Translations under genes and position numbers: made by a program
Source: a bacterium
GTDB taxonomy: Bacteria > Electryoneota > JAOADG01
NCBI GenBank assembly: GCA_026417415.1
Contig: JAOADG010000008.1
Span: 579,612-643,611 of the forward strand
Direction of reading: 5' to 3'
DNA: 64,000 nt
In this document: in pieces, positions 9,006 to 18,075 of the stretch
How positions within the stretch are numbered: the first letter of the stretch is position 1
Layout of the letters: the number at the start of each line of letters is the position of its first letter
Notes under the pieces: generated by a model
Seen by the model: the letters and a program-made list of their open reading frames with translations, nothing else
Database searches by the model: none
Told to the model about the DNA's origin: nothing

Positions 9006-9728
9006 ATGATTCCTAAATTTAAAAGAATATTGGTTAAGTTATCTGGCGAAGCCCTGGCAGGTAATTCCAGTAAAGTATTTGATTCTGCTATTCTTGAACA
9101 AATCGCAAGAGAAGTTCAATCTGTTCGTAATATTGGTGTTCAAGTAGGTATCGTAATTGGAGGTGGAAACATCTTTCGTGGTGCACGACAATTAGGTAAA
9201 AAAATGGATCGTGTGCAAGGTGATCACATGGGAATGTTAGCTACAATCATTAATGCACTTGCGATCCAATCATTTTTAGAACAATTAGAAATTCCCACCC
9301 GTGTGATGACGGCATTTCCTGTTCAAACGGTAGCAGAACCTTTCATCCGTAGAAAAGCGATTAGTCATTTAGAAAAAGGTTATATTGTGATTTTTGCAGG
9401 TGGAACTGGAAATCCCTATTTTACTACTGATACTGCGGCTACTCTTCGTGCTACTGAAATTAGAGCAGATGTAATTTTGAAAGCGACTCAAGTAGATGGT
9501 GTATATTCTGATGATCCGCAAGAAAATCCGAATGCAACACGAATAAAAGAAATTTCTTATACAGAGGTTTTGAAATTAGGATTAAAAATTATGGATTTGA
9601 CTGCGATTGCTTTTGCCATGGATAATAAAATCCCGATAGGTGTTTTTAGTTTACAACCTGAGGGGAATTTACTAAAAGTTGTATTAGGTGAACCTATTGC
9701 AAGTTGGGTTTCTGGAGATACAAAATGA
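9006..9728 (+). CDS. pyrH: UMP kinase
   Basis: The protein begins MIPKFKRILVKLSGEAL, the canonical PyrH N-terminus. The ORF track's 8979 start is a TTG that runs through the hairpin, so I prefer the ATG at 9006 with an AAAGG upstream. Confidence 0.9.
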   Translation: MIPKFKRILVKLSGEALAGNSSKVFDSAILEQIAREVQSVRNIGVQVGIVIGGGNIFRGARQLGKKMDRVQGDHMGMLATIINALAIQSFLEQLEIPTRVMTAFPVQTVAEPFIRRKAISHLEKGYIVIFAGGTGNPYFTTDTAATLRATEIRADVILKATQVDGVYSDDPQENPNATRIKEISYTEVLKLGLKIMDLTAIAFAMDNKIPIGVFSLQPEGNLLKVVLGEPIASWVSGDTK

Positions 9729-10285
9729 CTGCAGAACAAATATTGAAAGATAATGAAGAACGCATGAAAAAATCTGTTGAACTGTTGAGGCATGAGTTTT
9801 CTACATTAAGAACGGGTAAGGCCTCACCAGCATTACTGGATACTATTCATGTTGAAATGTATGGAACTAATATGCAACTTAAGGCATTAGCAAATGTTAC
9901 CACACCAGATTCTAGAACGCTTGTAATCACACCCTTTGATAAATCGGCTTTACCAAAAATAGAGAAAGCTATTCTTAAGTCAGATTTAGGAATCACTCCA
10001 AACAATGATGGGCAAGTTATTCGTTTAATCATCCCAATGATGACAGAAGAGCGACGTAAAGATTTAGTGAAATTGGCTAAAAAGATGGCAGAAGAATCAA
10101 AAATTGCAATCCGAAACATTCGTAGAGATGGAAACGACCAGATTAAAAAATTAGAAAAAGCTCACGAAATACGTGAAGATGAAGCGGTTCGTTTTCAAGA
10201 AAAATTACAAAAATTAACCGATCAATACATTAAAAACGTAGAGGATATTCTACAACATAAAGAAAAAGAAATATTAGAAGTTTAA
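9725..10285 (+). CDS. frr: Ribosome recycling factor
   Basis: The ATG overlaps the pyrH stop in an ATGA arrangement. The translation MTAEQILKDNEERMKKSVE...RTGKASPALLD is classic RRF. Confidence 0.9.
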   Translation: MTAEQILKDNEERMKKSVELLRHEFSTLRTGKASPALLDTIHVEMYGTNMQLKALANVTTPDSRTLVITPFDKSALPKIEKAILKSDLGITPNNDGQVIRLIIPMMTEERRKDLVKLAKKMAEESKIAIRNIRRDGNDQIKKLEKAHEIREDEAVRFQEKLQKLTDQYIKNVEDILQHKEKEILEV

Positions 10286-10302
10286 CCATTTGGAGGAAAA
10301 TC

Positions 10303-10506
10303 ATGCCACATTATATTACTGAAGATTGTATCAATTGCGGTGCCTGTGAACCTGAATGCCCAACAAATTCAATCTCTCAAGGTGAAGTCATTTATGTAAT
10401 CAATGAAGAGACCTGTAATGATTGTATTGACCAAGAAGGGGGCTCAAAGTGTGTCGCGGTTTGCCCAGTTGATTGTATTTTTGAACGAGGAAAAGAAGGT
10501 CATTAA
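10303..10506 (+). CDS. 2x[4Fe-4S] ferredoxin
   Basis: A 67-aa protein with two CxxCxxCxxxCP-type cluster motifs (CINCGACEPECP and CNDC...CVAVCP). A GGAGG RBS lies upstream. Confidence 0.8.
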   Translation: MPHYITEDCINCGACEPECPTNSISQGEVIYVINEETCNDCIDQEGGSKCVAVCPVDCIFERGKEGH

Positions 10507-10534
10507 ATTTAACTAAATTGAATCACCTTAAGTT

Positions 10535-10574
10535 GGGCTTGCAGCTTCTGCTGTAAGCCCTTGCTTGCTTTAAT
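10535..10574 (+). terminator. Rho-independent terminator-like hairpin after the ferredoxin gene
   Basis: GGGCTTGCAGC (10535-45) pairs with GCTGTAAGCCC (10550-60) as an 11-bp stem with one G-U pair and a 4-nt loop. It is followed by the T-rich stretch TTGCTTGCTTTAAT. Confidence 0.5.
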
Positions 10575-10588
10575 AAAAGAGTTTAAGT

Positions 10589-13279
10589 GTGAACAAGCGT
10601 ATTCCCAGTCGAATTCGGTCTGCACATCAGGAACGTATTAAAACAGAGGATCAAAGAACTACAAAGAAATCAATATCCTCTACACCAATGATGCAACAAT
10701 ACCGTGAAATTAAACAAAGATTTCCGGATGCGATAATTTTTTTCCGAATGGGAGATTTTTATGAAATGTTTTTTGAAGATGCAAAAGTAGCACATCAAGT
10801 TTTAGGATTGACATTAACCAAACGAGGAAAAGACATAGGTGAAGATGTTCCTTTAGCAGGATTCCCCCATCACCAACTTGACAACTATTTAGCAAAGATG
10901 ACTTCAGCAGGTTACAAAGTAGCAGTAGTAGATCAGTTAGAAGACCCAAGGTACGCAAAAGGAGTGGTTAAAAGAGGGGTTACACAAGTTGCTACTGCAG
11001 GTACTGTAGTACTCAATCAATTGTCAGATGAAAGAGAGTCAAGGTACCTATGTGCAATTGCTATTGAAAATGAACGATGTGGAATTGCTTATCTTGAGTC
11101 AATGAGCGGTGAATTTTTTGCATATGAAGTTCCAATACACTTACTTGAGAATGAAATAGCTAAATACTTACCCACTGAGATAATTTACCCTAAAGATAAA
11201 AAAGATCGTTTTCGTACGGTCTTTCAACAATTTCAAAAGGTAGTATTCACACCAATTGATGATTGGAATATTGATCCTATTGTTGGTAAAGAGATTTTAT
11301 TGAACCATTTTCAAACGGTTTCATTAAAAGGTTTTGGTTTAGAAAATTTACCTTTGGCGATTGCAGCTGCTGGTGCCTCATTACAATATCTTAAATCCTC
11401 TCAATTGGGTACTGCTGAACAAGTGATTTCAATTAGACAAGGACACCCTGAAGATACACTTCTTATGAGTCGTTCAACAATTCACCATTTAGAATTGATC
11501 TATCCAATCGATTTTCAAAGTGGAATATCCCTATTCAAATTGCTAGATGAATGTTCTACACCAATGGGTAGCCGTTTGTTGCGAAAGCGGATCATTGCAC
11601 CTTCTGTAAATCTTAGTGAAATCAAAAGTCGATTAGATAGAATTGAAACTGTTTATGATGAAGTACTCAATCAAAAAATTGCAGAAATCTTAAAACAAAT
11701 AGGTGATTTACCACGAGCATCTGGTAGAATAGCTGCTAACCGTGGAAATCCAAAAGATGCTGGTGTTATACGCGATGCATTAAAAGTTGTTCCTCAATTG
11801 TTTCAATTAATTTCTGATAATCCAAGTTTTCATTTCTTGCGAACGATAGATTGTTGTAAAAATCTTTGTGCGAGTTTAGAAAATGCATTAACTGAAAAAT
11901 TACCGATGAATGTATCTGAAGGAGGTGTTTTTAAAGCAGGTTTTCATCAAGAACTTGATCGTTTACGTGCTTTAGCTGGTCGAGGTAAGGATGCTTTAAA
12001 AGATTTTCAACAACGTGAACGATTAAGGACTGGTATTGAAAAACTTGTAGTTGGATACAATCGAGTGTACGGCTATTACATAGAAATTTCGAGAAGCGCA
12101 TCTTCACTTGTTCCACCAGATTACCATAGAATTCAATCTTTAGTAAATTTTGAGAGATATAAAACTGAAGAACTACAGAAATTTGAAAATGAAGTTCTAC
12201 ATGCAGAAGATAAAGCCATAGGATTAGAAATTGAGTTGTTTCAACAAATTAGAAAACTTATCGCAGTTGAACATTCAAAGTTAATTCAAATCAGTGAAGC
12301 AATTGCTGAAATTGATGTTGCTACCACCTTAGCGTCCATTTCAAAGAAAAGAAAATACACAAAACCACGTTTTGTGGATAAACCCAATTTGATGTTGAGA
12401 AATGCCAGGCATCCAGTACTTGAAGCGATACAACCAGCAGGTGAAATTTTTGTGCCTAATGATGTATGTTTTAATGATACGAAACGGTTGTTATTAATTA
12501 CTGGTCCTAATATGGCTGGAAAGTCAACTTATTTAAGGACGGTCGGATTAAATGTGATTCTTGCTCAAATGGGTTCCTTCATTCCAGCAGAAGATAGCGA
12601 AATAGGTATTGTTGATCGATTGTTCACTAGAATAGGAGCATCAGACAATCTAACATCTGGAGAATCAACATTTTTAGTTGAAATGAATGAAGCCTCTTTT
12701 TTAATAAACAATGCTACTTCACGGAGTTTAGTTTTATTAGATGAGGTTGGAAGAGGGACTTCTACTTTTGATGGTTTATCTATTGCTTGGGCAATGGTAG
12801 AAAGATTAGCTACCACTCCAATTCCCCAACCAAGAACATTGTTTGCTACACATTATCACGAATTGACAATATTAGAAGAATATTTTCCGTCTATAGAAAA
12901 CTGGAATGTTGCTGTAAAAGAAACCAGTGATTCAATTTTATTCCTCCGTAAGATAAGGAAAGGAAGTTGTGATAAAAGTTATGGTATTCACGTAGCAAAA
13001 ATGGCTGGGATGCCAAAAGATATTGTTAGTCGCGCAGAAGTGGTACTAGAACTTCTTCAAACGGGAACGTTAGCCCCTCAATCTGCAGCAAGATTGGCAG
13101 TAAAACACCATAAGAAAGTAGAAACTTATCAATTATCATTGTTTGAGCTTGAAGATGTATCTTTACGAAAAGAACTTTCAAACATTGAACCAGAGGAACT
13201 GACACCTATTCAAGCATTACAAATAATTGCTGATTGGAAAAGAAGATACACCCAATCCAATAAACAGGAAAATAAATGA
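10589..13279 (+). CDS. mutS: DNA mismatch repair protein MutS
   Basis: STPMMQQYREIKQRFPDAIIFFRMGDFYEMF aligns with the E. coli MutS N-terminus (HTPMMQQY...). A Walker A motif (GPNMAGKST) is present. I prefer the GTG at 10589 because an AAGAG RBS lies upstream of it. The alternative ATG at 10688 has no RBS and would remove the conserved T-P before MM. Confidence 0.85.
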   Translation: MNKRIPSRIRSAHQERIKTEDQRTTKKSISSTPMMQQYREIKQRFPDAIIFFRMGDFYEMFFEDAKVAHQVLGLTLTKRGKDIGEDVPLAGFPHHQLDNYLAKMTSAGYKVAVVDQLEDPRYAKGVVKRGVTQVATAGTVVLNQLSDERESRYLCAIAIENERCGIAYLESMSGEFFAYEVPIHLLENEIAKYLPTEIIYPKDKKDRFRTVFQQFQKVVFTPIDDWNIDPIVGKEILLNHFQTVSLKGFGLENLPLAIAAAGASLQYLKSSQLGTAEQVISIRQGHPEDTLLMSRSTIHHLELIYPIDFQSGISLFKLLDECSTPMGSRLLRKRIIAPSVNLSEIKSRLDRIETVYDEVLNQKIAEILKQIGDLPRASGRIAANRGNPKDAGVIRDALKVVPQLFQLISDNPSFHFLRTIDCCKNLCASLENALTEKLPMNVSEGGVFKAGFHQELDRLRALAGRGKDALKDFQQRERLRTGIEKLVVGYNRVYGYYIEISRSASSLVPPDYHRIQSLVNFERYKTEELQKFENEVLHAEDKAIGLEIELFQQIRKLIAVEHSKLIQISEAIAEIDVATTLASISKKRKYTKPRFVDKPNLMLRNARHPVLEAIQPAGEIFVPNDVCFNDTKRLLLITGPNMAGKSTYLRTVGLNVILAQMGSFIPAEDSEIGIVDRLFTRIGASDNLTSGESTFLVEMNEASFLINNATSRSLVLLDEVGRGTSTFDGLSIAWAMVERLATTPIPQPRTLFATHYHELTILEEYFPSIENWNVAVKETSDSILFLRKIRKGSCDKSYGIHVAKMAGMPKDIVSRAEVVLELLQTGTLAPQSAARLAVKHHKKVETYQLSLFELEDVSLRKELSNIEPEELTPIQALQIIADWKRRYTQSNKQENK

Positions 13280-14229
13280 AATTCTATTCTTTTAGAATTA
13301 TTTTTATCAGTATTGTAATCCTACATCTTAATGTTGTTGCTGGTGAACGATATGCTGGTGAATTTTTACTTGGTGCTGAAAGCCCTAGGGGAATAGCACT
13401 TGGCTTTAACGGACATTCTATTCCCGATGGAGGTTTCATTTCTGCAAGAAATCCGTCTTTTCTTGCAAATCTTAAAAGTACAACTATTTCAGCGTTTCAT
13501 ACAGACCGATATACAGGGATTGTTCGTAATGATTATCTTGGTGTTGCAATCCCTTATGAAAAGAAGGGTGTAGGGTTTGCTATTTATAGGGTGGCTGTAG
13601 AAAAAATCCCTTATACGGTATTATCTAACCCATCACTACCGCTAACTGAATACAATCGTGTGCTTGTTAAGAAATATGTATCTTATCAGGAATGGGCTAT
13701 ATGGATTTCGCAAGGATTTCAATTAACCCCTCAAACATCATTAGGCATTTCGTTAAAACCTATTTTTAAGATGATTGATGGAGAATATGCGATCGGTTTG
13801 GGTATTGATGGAGGGTCAAAATTTGATCTTTTAAATAATTGTTATGGGACAGTTTGTGCAACTGATGTGTTAACTTCACCTATGAAGTGGAGTACAGGTA
13901 AAGTTGAAACAATTAAACCACGAATACAGACAAACGTGAATTATTTTAAGCATATATCCAAATTGCATGCTAATCTATTAACTATTGTTGGTTCTGAAAT
14001 TCGCTTCGATCAAAGTGGCGCATATTTATTTTCTTTTAAGGGTGGTTTTGAATATACCATTGAAAAAATAATTTCATTTCGCATTGGAACATTTCAAAAA
14101 CAGTTATTGTATGGAATGGGGTTATCTATACAACCAATTCAAATTGATTATGCATTTTATAAACAAGAGTTAGGTTCTATACATGCCATTAGTACTTCTT
14201 TTAACGGAGATTTTTTAAAAAGTGATTAA
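13276..14229 (+). CDS. Hypothetical secreted / outer-membrane beta-barrel-like protein
   Basis: An N-terminal signal peptide (MKFYSFRIIFISIVILHLNVVAG) is followed by alternating amphipathic beta-strand-like segments. The C-terminus ends in an aromatic residue (..FNGDF), which is OMP-like. The gene overlaps mutS in an ATGA arrangement. I do not recognise a specific family. Confidence 0.5.
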   Translation: MKFYSFRIIFISIVILHLNVVAGERYAGEFLLGAESPRGIALGFNGHSIPDGGFISARNPSFLANLKSTTISAFHTDRYTGIVRNDYLGVAIPYEKKGVGFAIYRVAVEKIPYTVLSNPSLPLTEYNRVLVKKYVSYQEWAIWISQGFQLTPQTSLGISLKPIFKMIDGEYAIGLGIDGGSKFDLLNNCYGTVCATDVLTSPMKWSTGKVETIKPRIQTNVNYFKHISKLHANLLTIVGSEIRFDQSGAYLFSFKGGFEYTIEKIISFRIGTFQKQLLYGMGLSIQPIQIDYAFYKQELGSIHAISTSFNGDFLKSD

Positions 14230-15100
14230 AAGCATGACAGGGTACGGTAGAGGTGAATTTGCTACCGATAAAAAAATTTACATTGCTGAAATAAAAAGTG
14301 TAAACAGTAAGTATCTTGAAATGTCTGTAAGGCTTCCTGTTCATTTACAACAATTTGAAATGGAAATACGTGACCTTGTCAAGAATTCTATAAAACGCGG
14401 AAAGGTTTCTATTCAAATTTCAGAGACGACACTCTCTGGTTTACCTATTTTATTAGAAATTGATGATGACAATATCAAGTTTGTTGCAGCTCGTTTGAAA
14501 GAAATTGCTCAATGCGCTGGTATAAGCAATACAATTGAATTGAGGGATTTGTTATATTACAGTGAAAAAGTCACGAATAACAATACAGAGCTGCAGCAAC
14601 AAGCACTTAGGAATCTAATTAAAGTTTTAGAATGTGCTTTGGAACAATTCCAAAAGATGCGTATTCAAGAAGGAAAGCATATCTATGAACAATTTTTAGT
14701 TTGTTTAGATAACATTCAAAGTGAAGTTAGTTTTTTAAGTGAAGTATCTAAAGATTTGCCTGATTTTTATAGAAATCAACTTTTAACAAAATTAAATGAA
14801 GCAGGGCTTTCACAAGAATTAATAGATCCCAATCGCTTAGTTTTAGAGGTCTCTTTATTGGTTGAAAAACAAGACATCCAAGAAGAGTTAACCCGATTAC
14901 ACAGCCATATTCAACAGTTTCGAAGTACTTTAGATGATACTAATCCTGTAGGGAAAAAACTACAATTTTTGTTACAAGAAATGCTTCGTGAAGTTACTAC
15001 AATCGCTTCTAAATCTTCCAATTTAGCGATGACGAACAGTACCTTACGTATTAGGGAAATCATTGAGATGTTACGCGAACAAGTACAAAATGTCGAATAA
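14222..15100 (+). CDS. yicC: YicC family stress-induced protein
   Basis: A GTG start gives M-IKSMTGYGRGE, matching E. coli YicC (MIRSMTAYARRE). The C-terminal DUF1732 region is present. A yicC-gmk-rpoZ-coaBC cluster follows, which is conserved. Confidence 0.85.
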   Translation: MIKSMTGYGRGEFATDKKIYIAEIKSVNSKYLEMSVRLPVHLQQFEMEIRDLVKNSIKRGKVSIQISETTLSGLPILLEIDDDNIKFVAARLKEIAQCAGISNTIELRDLLYYSEKVTNNNTELQQQALRNLIKVLECALEQFQKMRIQEGKHIYEQFLVCLDNIQSEVSFLSEVSKDLPDFYRNQLLTKLNEAGLSQELIDPNRLVLEVSLLVEKQDIQEELTRLHSHIQQFRSTLDDTNPVGKKLQFLLQEMLREVTTIASKSSNLAMTNSTLRIREIIEMLREQVQNVE

Positions 15101-15665
15101 AGGAACAAAAGCTATTATTTTCTCATCACCATCTGGTGGTGGAAAAAATACAGTGATAAAAAAATTAATGGAAATTTATCCTAATTTTCGTCATTCTATC
15201 TCTGTTACAACACGTGATCCTAGGCATAATACAGAAGGTCGTGATTATCGGTTTGTAACGGATGAAGAGTTTGAAAGAATGATCCGTAATCAAGAATTAG
15301 CAGAGTGGGCAGAAGTACATGGATCAAAATATGGAACACCTCTTTTGCCATTACGTGAATTACAACAAAATGGTTATGATATTTTATTTGATTTAGACGT
15401 ATGTGGAACATTATCCATGAAATCGAAATGGAATAACATTTTAACCATATTTTTGCTTCCACCATCCAAAGAAATATTAATTGAAAGATTGTTAAAACGT
15501 GGAACTGAGACTTATGAAGAGATTCAACGTAGATTATTACGATATGAATTTGAAGTGGAACAATCAAAATATTACGATATAAATATTATAAACCAAAATT
15601 TAGATGAAACGATTCGTAATGTAGATGATAATATTCAAAAATGGGACAAATACGTTTTATTTTAA
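15090..15665 (+). CDS. gmk: Guanylate kinase
   Basis: The protein begins MSNKGTKAIIFSSPSGGGKNT, with the Gmk P-loop. It overlaps the yicC end by 11 nt. Confidence 0.9.
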   Translation: MSNKGTKAIIFSSPSGGGKNTVIKKLMEIYPNFRHSISVTTRDPRHNTEGRDYRFVTDEEFERMIRNQELAEWAEVHGSKYGTPLLPLRELQQNGYDILFDLDVCGTLSMKSKWNNILTIFLLPPSKEILIERLLKRGTETYEEIQRRLLRYEFEVEQSKYYDINIINQNLDETIRNVDDNIQKWDKYVLF

Positions 15666-15681
15666 TAGGAGGAAAAATCGG

Positions 15682-16092
15682 ATGTCAAAGACTGAACGTT
15701 ATACGTATGAAATATTAAGTTCACGTGAAGCAATGTTAGAACGTTTTGAATCTTTGTATGAGGCAATTATGGTATTAGCGCAGCGTGCGAGACAGATCGG
15801 AAACGAACAAACAGAATTGATTCGAGAATTGCAAAGACGCTACGCAAGACCTGATGTACCTAAAGACATTCAAAACGAAGAAGATTTTGATTTATCAGAA
15901 ACCCGAGATCCAATCGAGTTGCCTAAATTTCCTAAGCCAACAACGGAAGCTATTCGTGAAGCTTTAGAAGGCAAACTTCAATGGGAATATAGTAGTAGTT
16001 CACAAATCCAAAAAACTGATGAGCTTTACACCGGTGAAATGCTTTATGGCGATGTAGATGATAGATTTGAAATAGAAAAAGATCAAAATTAA
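15682..16092 (+). CDS. rpoZ: DNA-directed RNA polymerase omega subunit (extended form)
   Basis: A GGAGG RBS precedes the ATG at 15682. The motif YEAIMVLAQRARQIGNE matches the omega signature (..AxRARQL). Its position between gmk and coaBC fits. The 136-aa length is longer than in the proteobacterial proteins. Confidence 0.7.
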   Translation: MSKTERYTYEILSSREAMLERFESLYEAIMVLAQRARQIGNEQTELIRELQRRYARPDVPKDIQNEEDFDLSETRDPIELPKFPKPTTEAIREALEGKLQWEYSSSSQIQKTDELYTGEMLYGDVDDRFEIEKDQN

Positions 16093-17288
16093 TGTTAACT
16101 GGAAAAAAAATTTTACTTGGTATTAGCGGGGGCATTGCAGCATACAAATGTTGCGAACTGATACGATTGTTGGTAAAAGAAAATGCTGAAGTGCGTGTCA
16201 TGACTACGCCGAATGCATTGCACTTTGTTACGAAAGTTACATTAGAAGCATTATCAAGAAATCCTGTACAGTGTGATGATTTCCCAATAGGTGTGAAAAA
16301 TAATATATCACACATTGAACTTGCTAAATGGGCAGACGCTTTGTTGATTGCACCTGCAAGCGCGAATACAATTGCAAAATTACGAATGGGAATCGCAGAT
16401 AACGTTGTTACTACTACTACATTGGTATTTAATAGACCATATTTAATTGCTCCCGCAATGAATTCCCAAATGTGGAATAATCCAGCAACTCAGGAAAATT
16501 TAGAAGTTTTAAAAAATCGTGGTGTTATACTAATTGGTCCAGAATTTGGCGAAATGGCTGCTGCTAATGAAGAAGTAGGTTTTGGAAGAATGACCGAACC
16601 TAAAGATTTATTAACTGTACTCGCAAGATTTATTGATTTTAAGGATGTGTTTCATCAAAAGAAAGTTTTGGTTGTAGCGGGAGGAACTTCTGAACCAATA
16701 GATGGTGTTCGTGTAATAACCAATCGTTCTACAGGAACTTTAGGAAAGTGTATAGCAGAGAAATTCATTCGGAGAAATGCACAAGTTACTTTGTTAGCAA
16801 GTGAGAATATAACAGAACTACCGTACGGAATACCATCATTTTCTTTTAATACAGTAGATTCTTTACATAAGCTTCTAACAAAACATCTTCCTCATCATGA
16901 TATATGGATTATGTGTGCTGCAGTTTCTGATAGAAAACCAAAAGGCAATTGGTTTGAAAAGAAGCTTAAAAAAGAAGAATTAGGTACCTTTTTAGAATGG
17001 GAACCGACTATTGATTTAATTCAATACCATTCAAAAGAAAATCCTAACTGTGTGATTATTGGGTTCTCATTAGAAGATCATTGGGACGAACAAATTGCTA
17101 GAGAAAAGTTAATTCAAAAAAATGCTACCGCCATTGTTTGGAATAATCCATTAAGATCGGATACAGGATTTGGAAATTTAAACCTTGAAGCCAAATTAAT
17201 AGATGACCATCAGACCATGGATTGGGGAGTATTATCGCGAGAAGAACTCGCTACAAATTTAGTTGAATATTGTTCACGCTATGTCTAA
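16092..17288 (+). CDS. coaBC: Bifunctional phosphopantothenoylcysteine decarboxylase / phosphopantothenate--cysteine ligase
   Basis: The N-terminal flavoprotein domain (KKILLGISGGIAAYK) and a C-terminal CoaB domain are both present. The ATG overlaps the rpoZ stop (TAATG). Confidence 0.9.
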   Translation: MLTGKKILLGISGGIAAYKCCELIRLLVKENAEVRVMTTPNALHFVTKVTLEALSRNPVQCDDFPIGVKNNISHIELAKWADALLIAPASANTIAKLRMGIADNVVTTTTLVFNRPYLIAPAMNSQMWNNPATQENLEVLKNRGVILIGPEFGEMAAANEEVGFGRMTEPKDLLTVLARFIDFKDVFHQKKVLVVAGGTSEPIDGVRVITNRSTGTLGKCIAEKFIRRNAQVTLLASENITELPYGIPSFSFNTVDSLHKLLTKHLPHHDIWIMCAAVSDRKPKGNWFEKKLKKEELGTFLEWEPTIDLIQYHSKENPNCVIIGFSLEDHWDEQIAREKLIQKNATAIVWNNPLRSDTGFGNLNLEAKLIDDHQTMDWGVLSREELATNLVEYCSRYV

Positions 17289-18075
17289 ACTTATTCAAGA
17301 CATTCACCGTTTTTTTCATCAAATCCAAGAATGGGAATCAACGCTTTTTCGTTGTCCAATTGTTTCAGATAACAGACAAACCAATCGTAATCAGGTGATT
17401 TCTAATGAAGTACAAATAATTGACAAACGTGAACTTTCAACTGTATTTGTTAGTCAATGTTCTATGGGATTTGTTCAAGATGATGATTTGAAAATTCGGT
17501 TACAGCAATATAAAACATTAGAGGAACTGTATCAAGGAATATGCGATTGTCAAAATTGTCCATTAGGAAAAACGAGGACCAAATTTGTATTTGGTTCTGG
17601 TTCTGAAAATGCAAAACTGATTTTCATCGGAGAAGCACCGGGAGAGGATGAAGATTTAACTGGGTTACCATTCGTAGGACGTGCAGGAAAACTGTTAACC
17701 AAAATATTAACGGAAGTAGGCATCCCAAGAGAGCAAGTTTATATTTGTAATGTACTTAAATGTCGGCCACCTAAAAATCGTGATCCATTACCTGAAGAAG
17801 TAATCCAGTGTGAACCTTTTTTAAAGAGACAAATAGAAATTCTTCAACCCAAATTATTGGTTTCTTTAGGGAGAATTTCAGCACAGTTACTATTAAATAC
17901 AAATGAGAGCTTAGCAAAATTGAAAAAAGTTACTCATTATTATTTTGATACTCCTTTAATGGTAACGTTTCATCCAGCATATGTTCTTCGGAATATGAAT
18001 GCTTATTCTGAAGCCGTTGAAGATATGAGAAAAATTAAAGATTTATATAACGCATTAGGTGGTTCTTTCGAGTAA
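17263..18075 (+). CDS. Uracil-DNA glycosylase, family 4
   Basis: The core motif CDCQNCPLGKTRTKFVFGSGSENAKLIFIGEAPGEDED...PFVGRAG is typical of family-4 (Fe-S) UDG. The ORF carries an ~85-aa N-terminal extension. Alternative starts at 17281 or 17467 are possible. Confidence 0.75.
   Translation: MNIVHAMSKLIQDIHRFFHQIQEWESTLFRCPIVSDNRQTNRNQVISNEVQIIDKRELSTVFVSQCSMGFVQDDDLKIRLQQYKTLEELYQGICDCQNCPLGKTRTKFVFGSGSENAKLIFIGEAPGEDEDLTGLPFVGRAGKLLTKILTEVGIPREQVYICNVLKCRPPKNRDPLPEEVIQCEPFLKRQIEILQPKLLVSLGRISAQLLLNTNESLAKLKKVTHYYFDTPLMVTFHPAYVLRNMNAYSEAVEDMRKIKDLYNALGGSFE

Noticed and set aside
10589-10687. The 33-codon region upstream of the MutS MMQQY motif, considered as a separate leader or small ORF
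   Set aside because: It is in frame with mutS. A GTG at 10589 with an upstream AAGAG RBS gives an N-terminus whose T-P-M-M junction aligns with E. coli MutS, whereas the ATG at 10688 has no RBS. I treat it as part of mutS.
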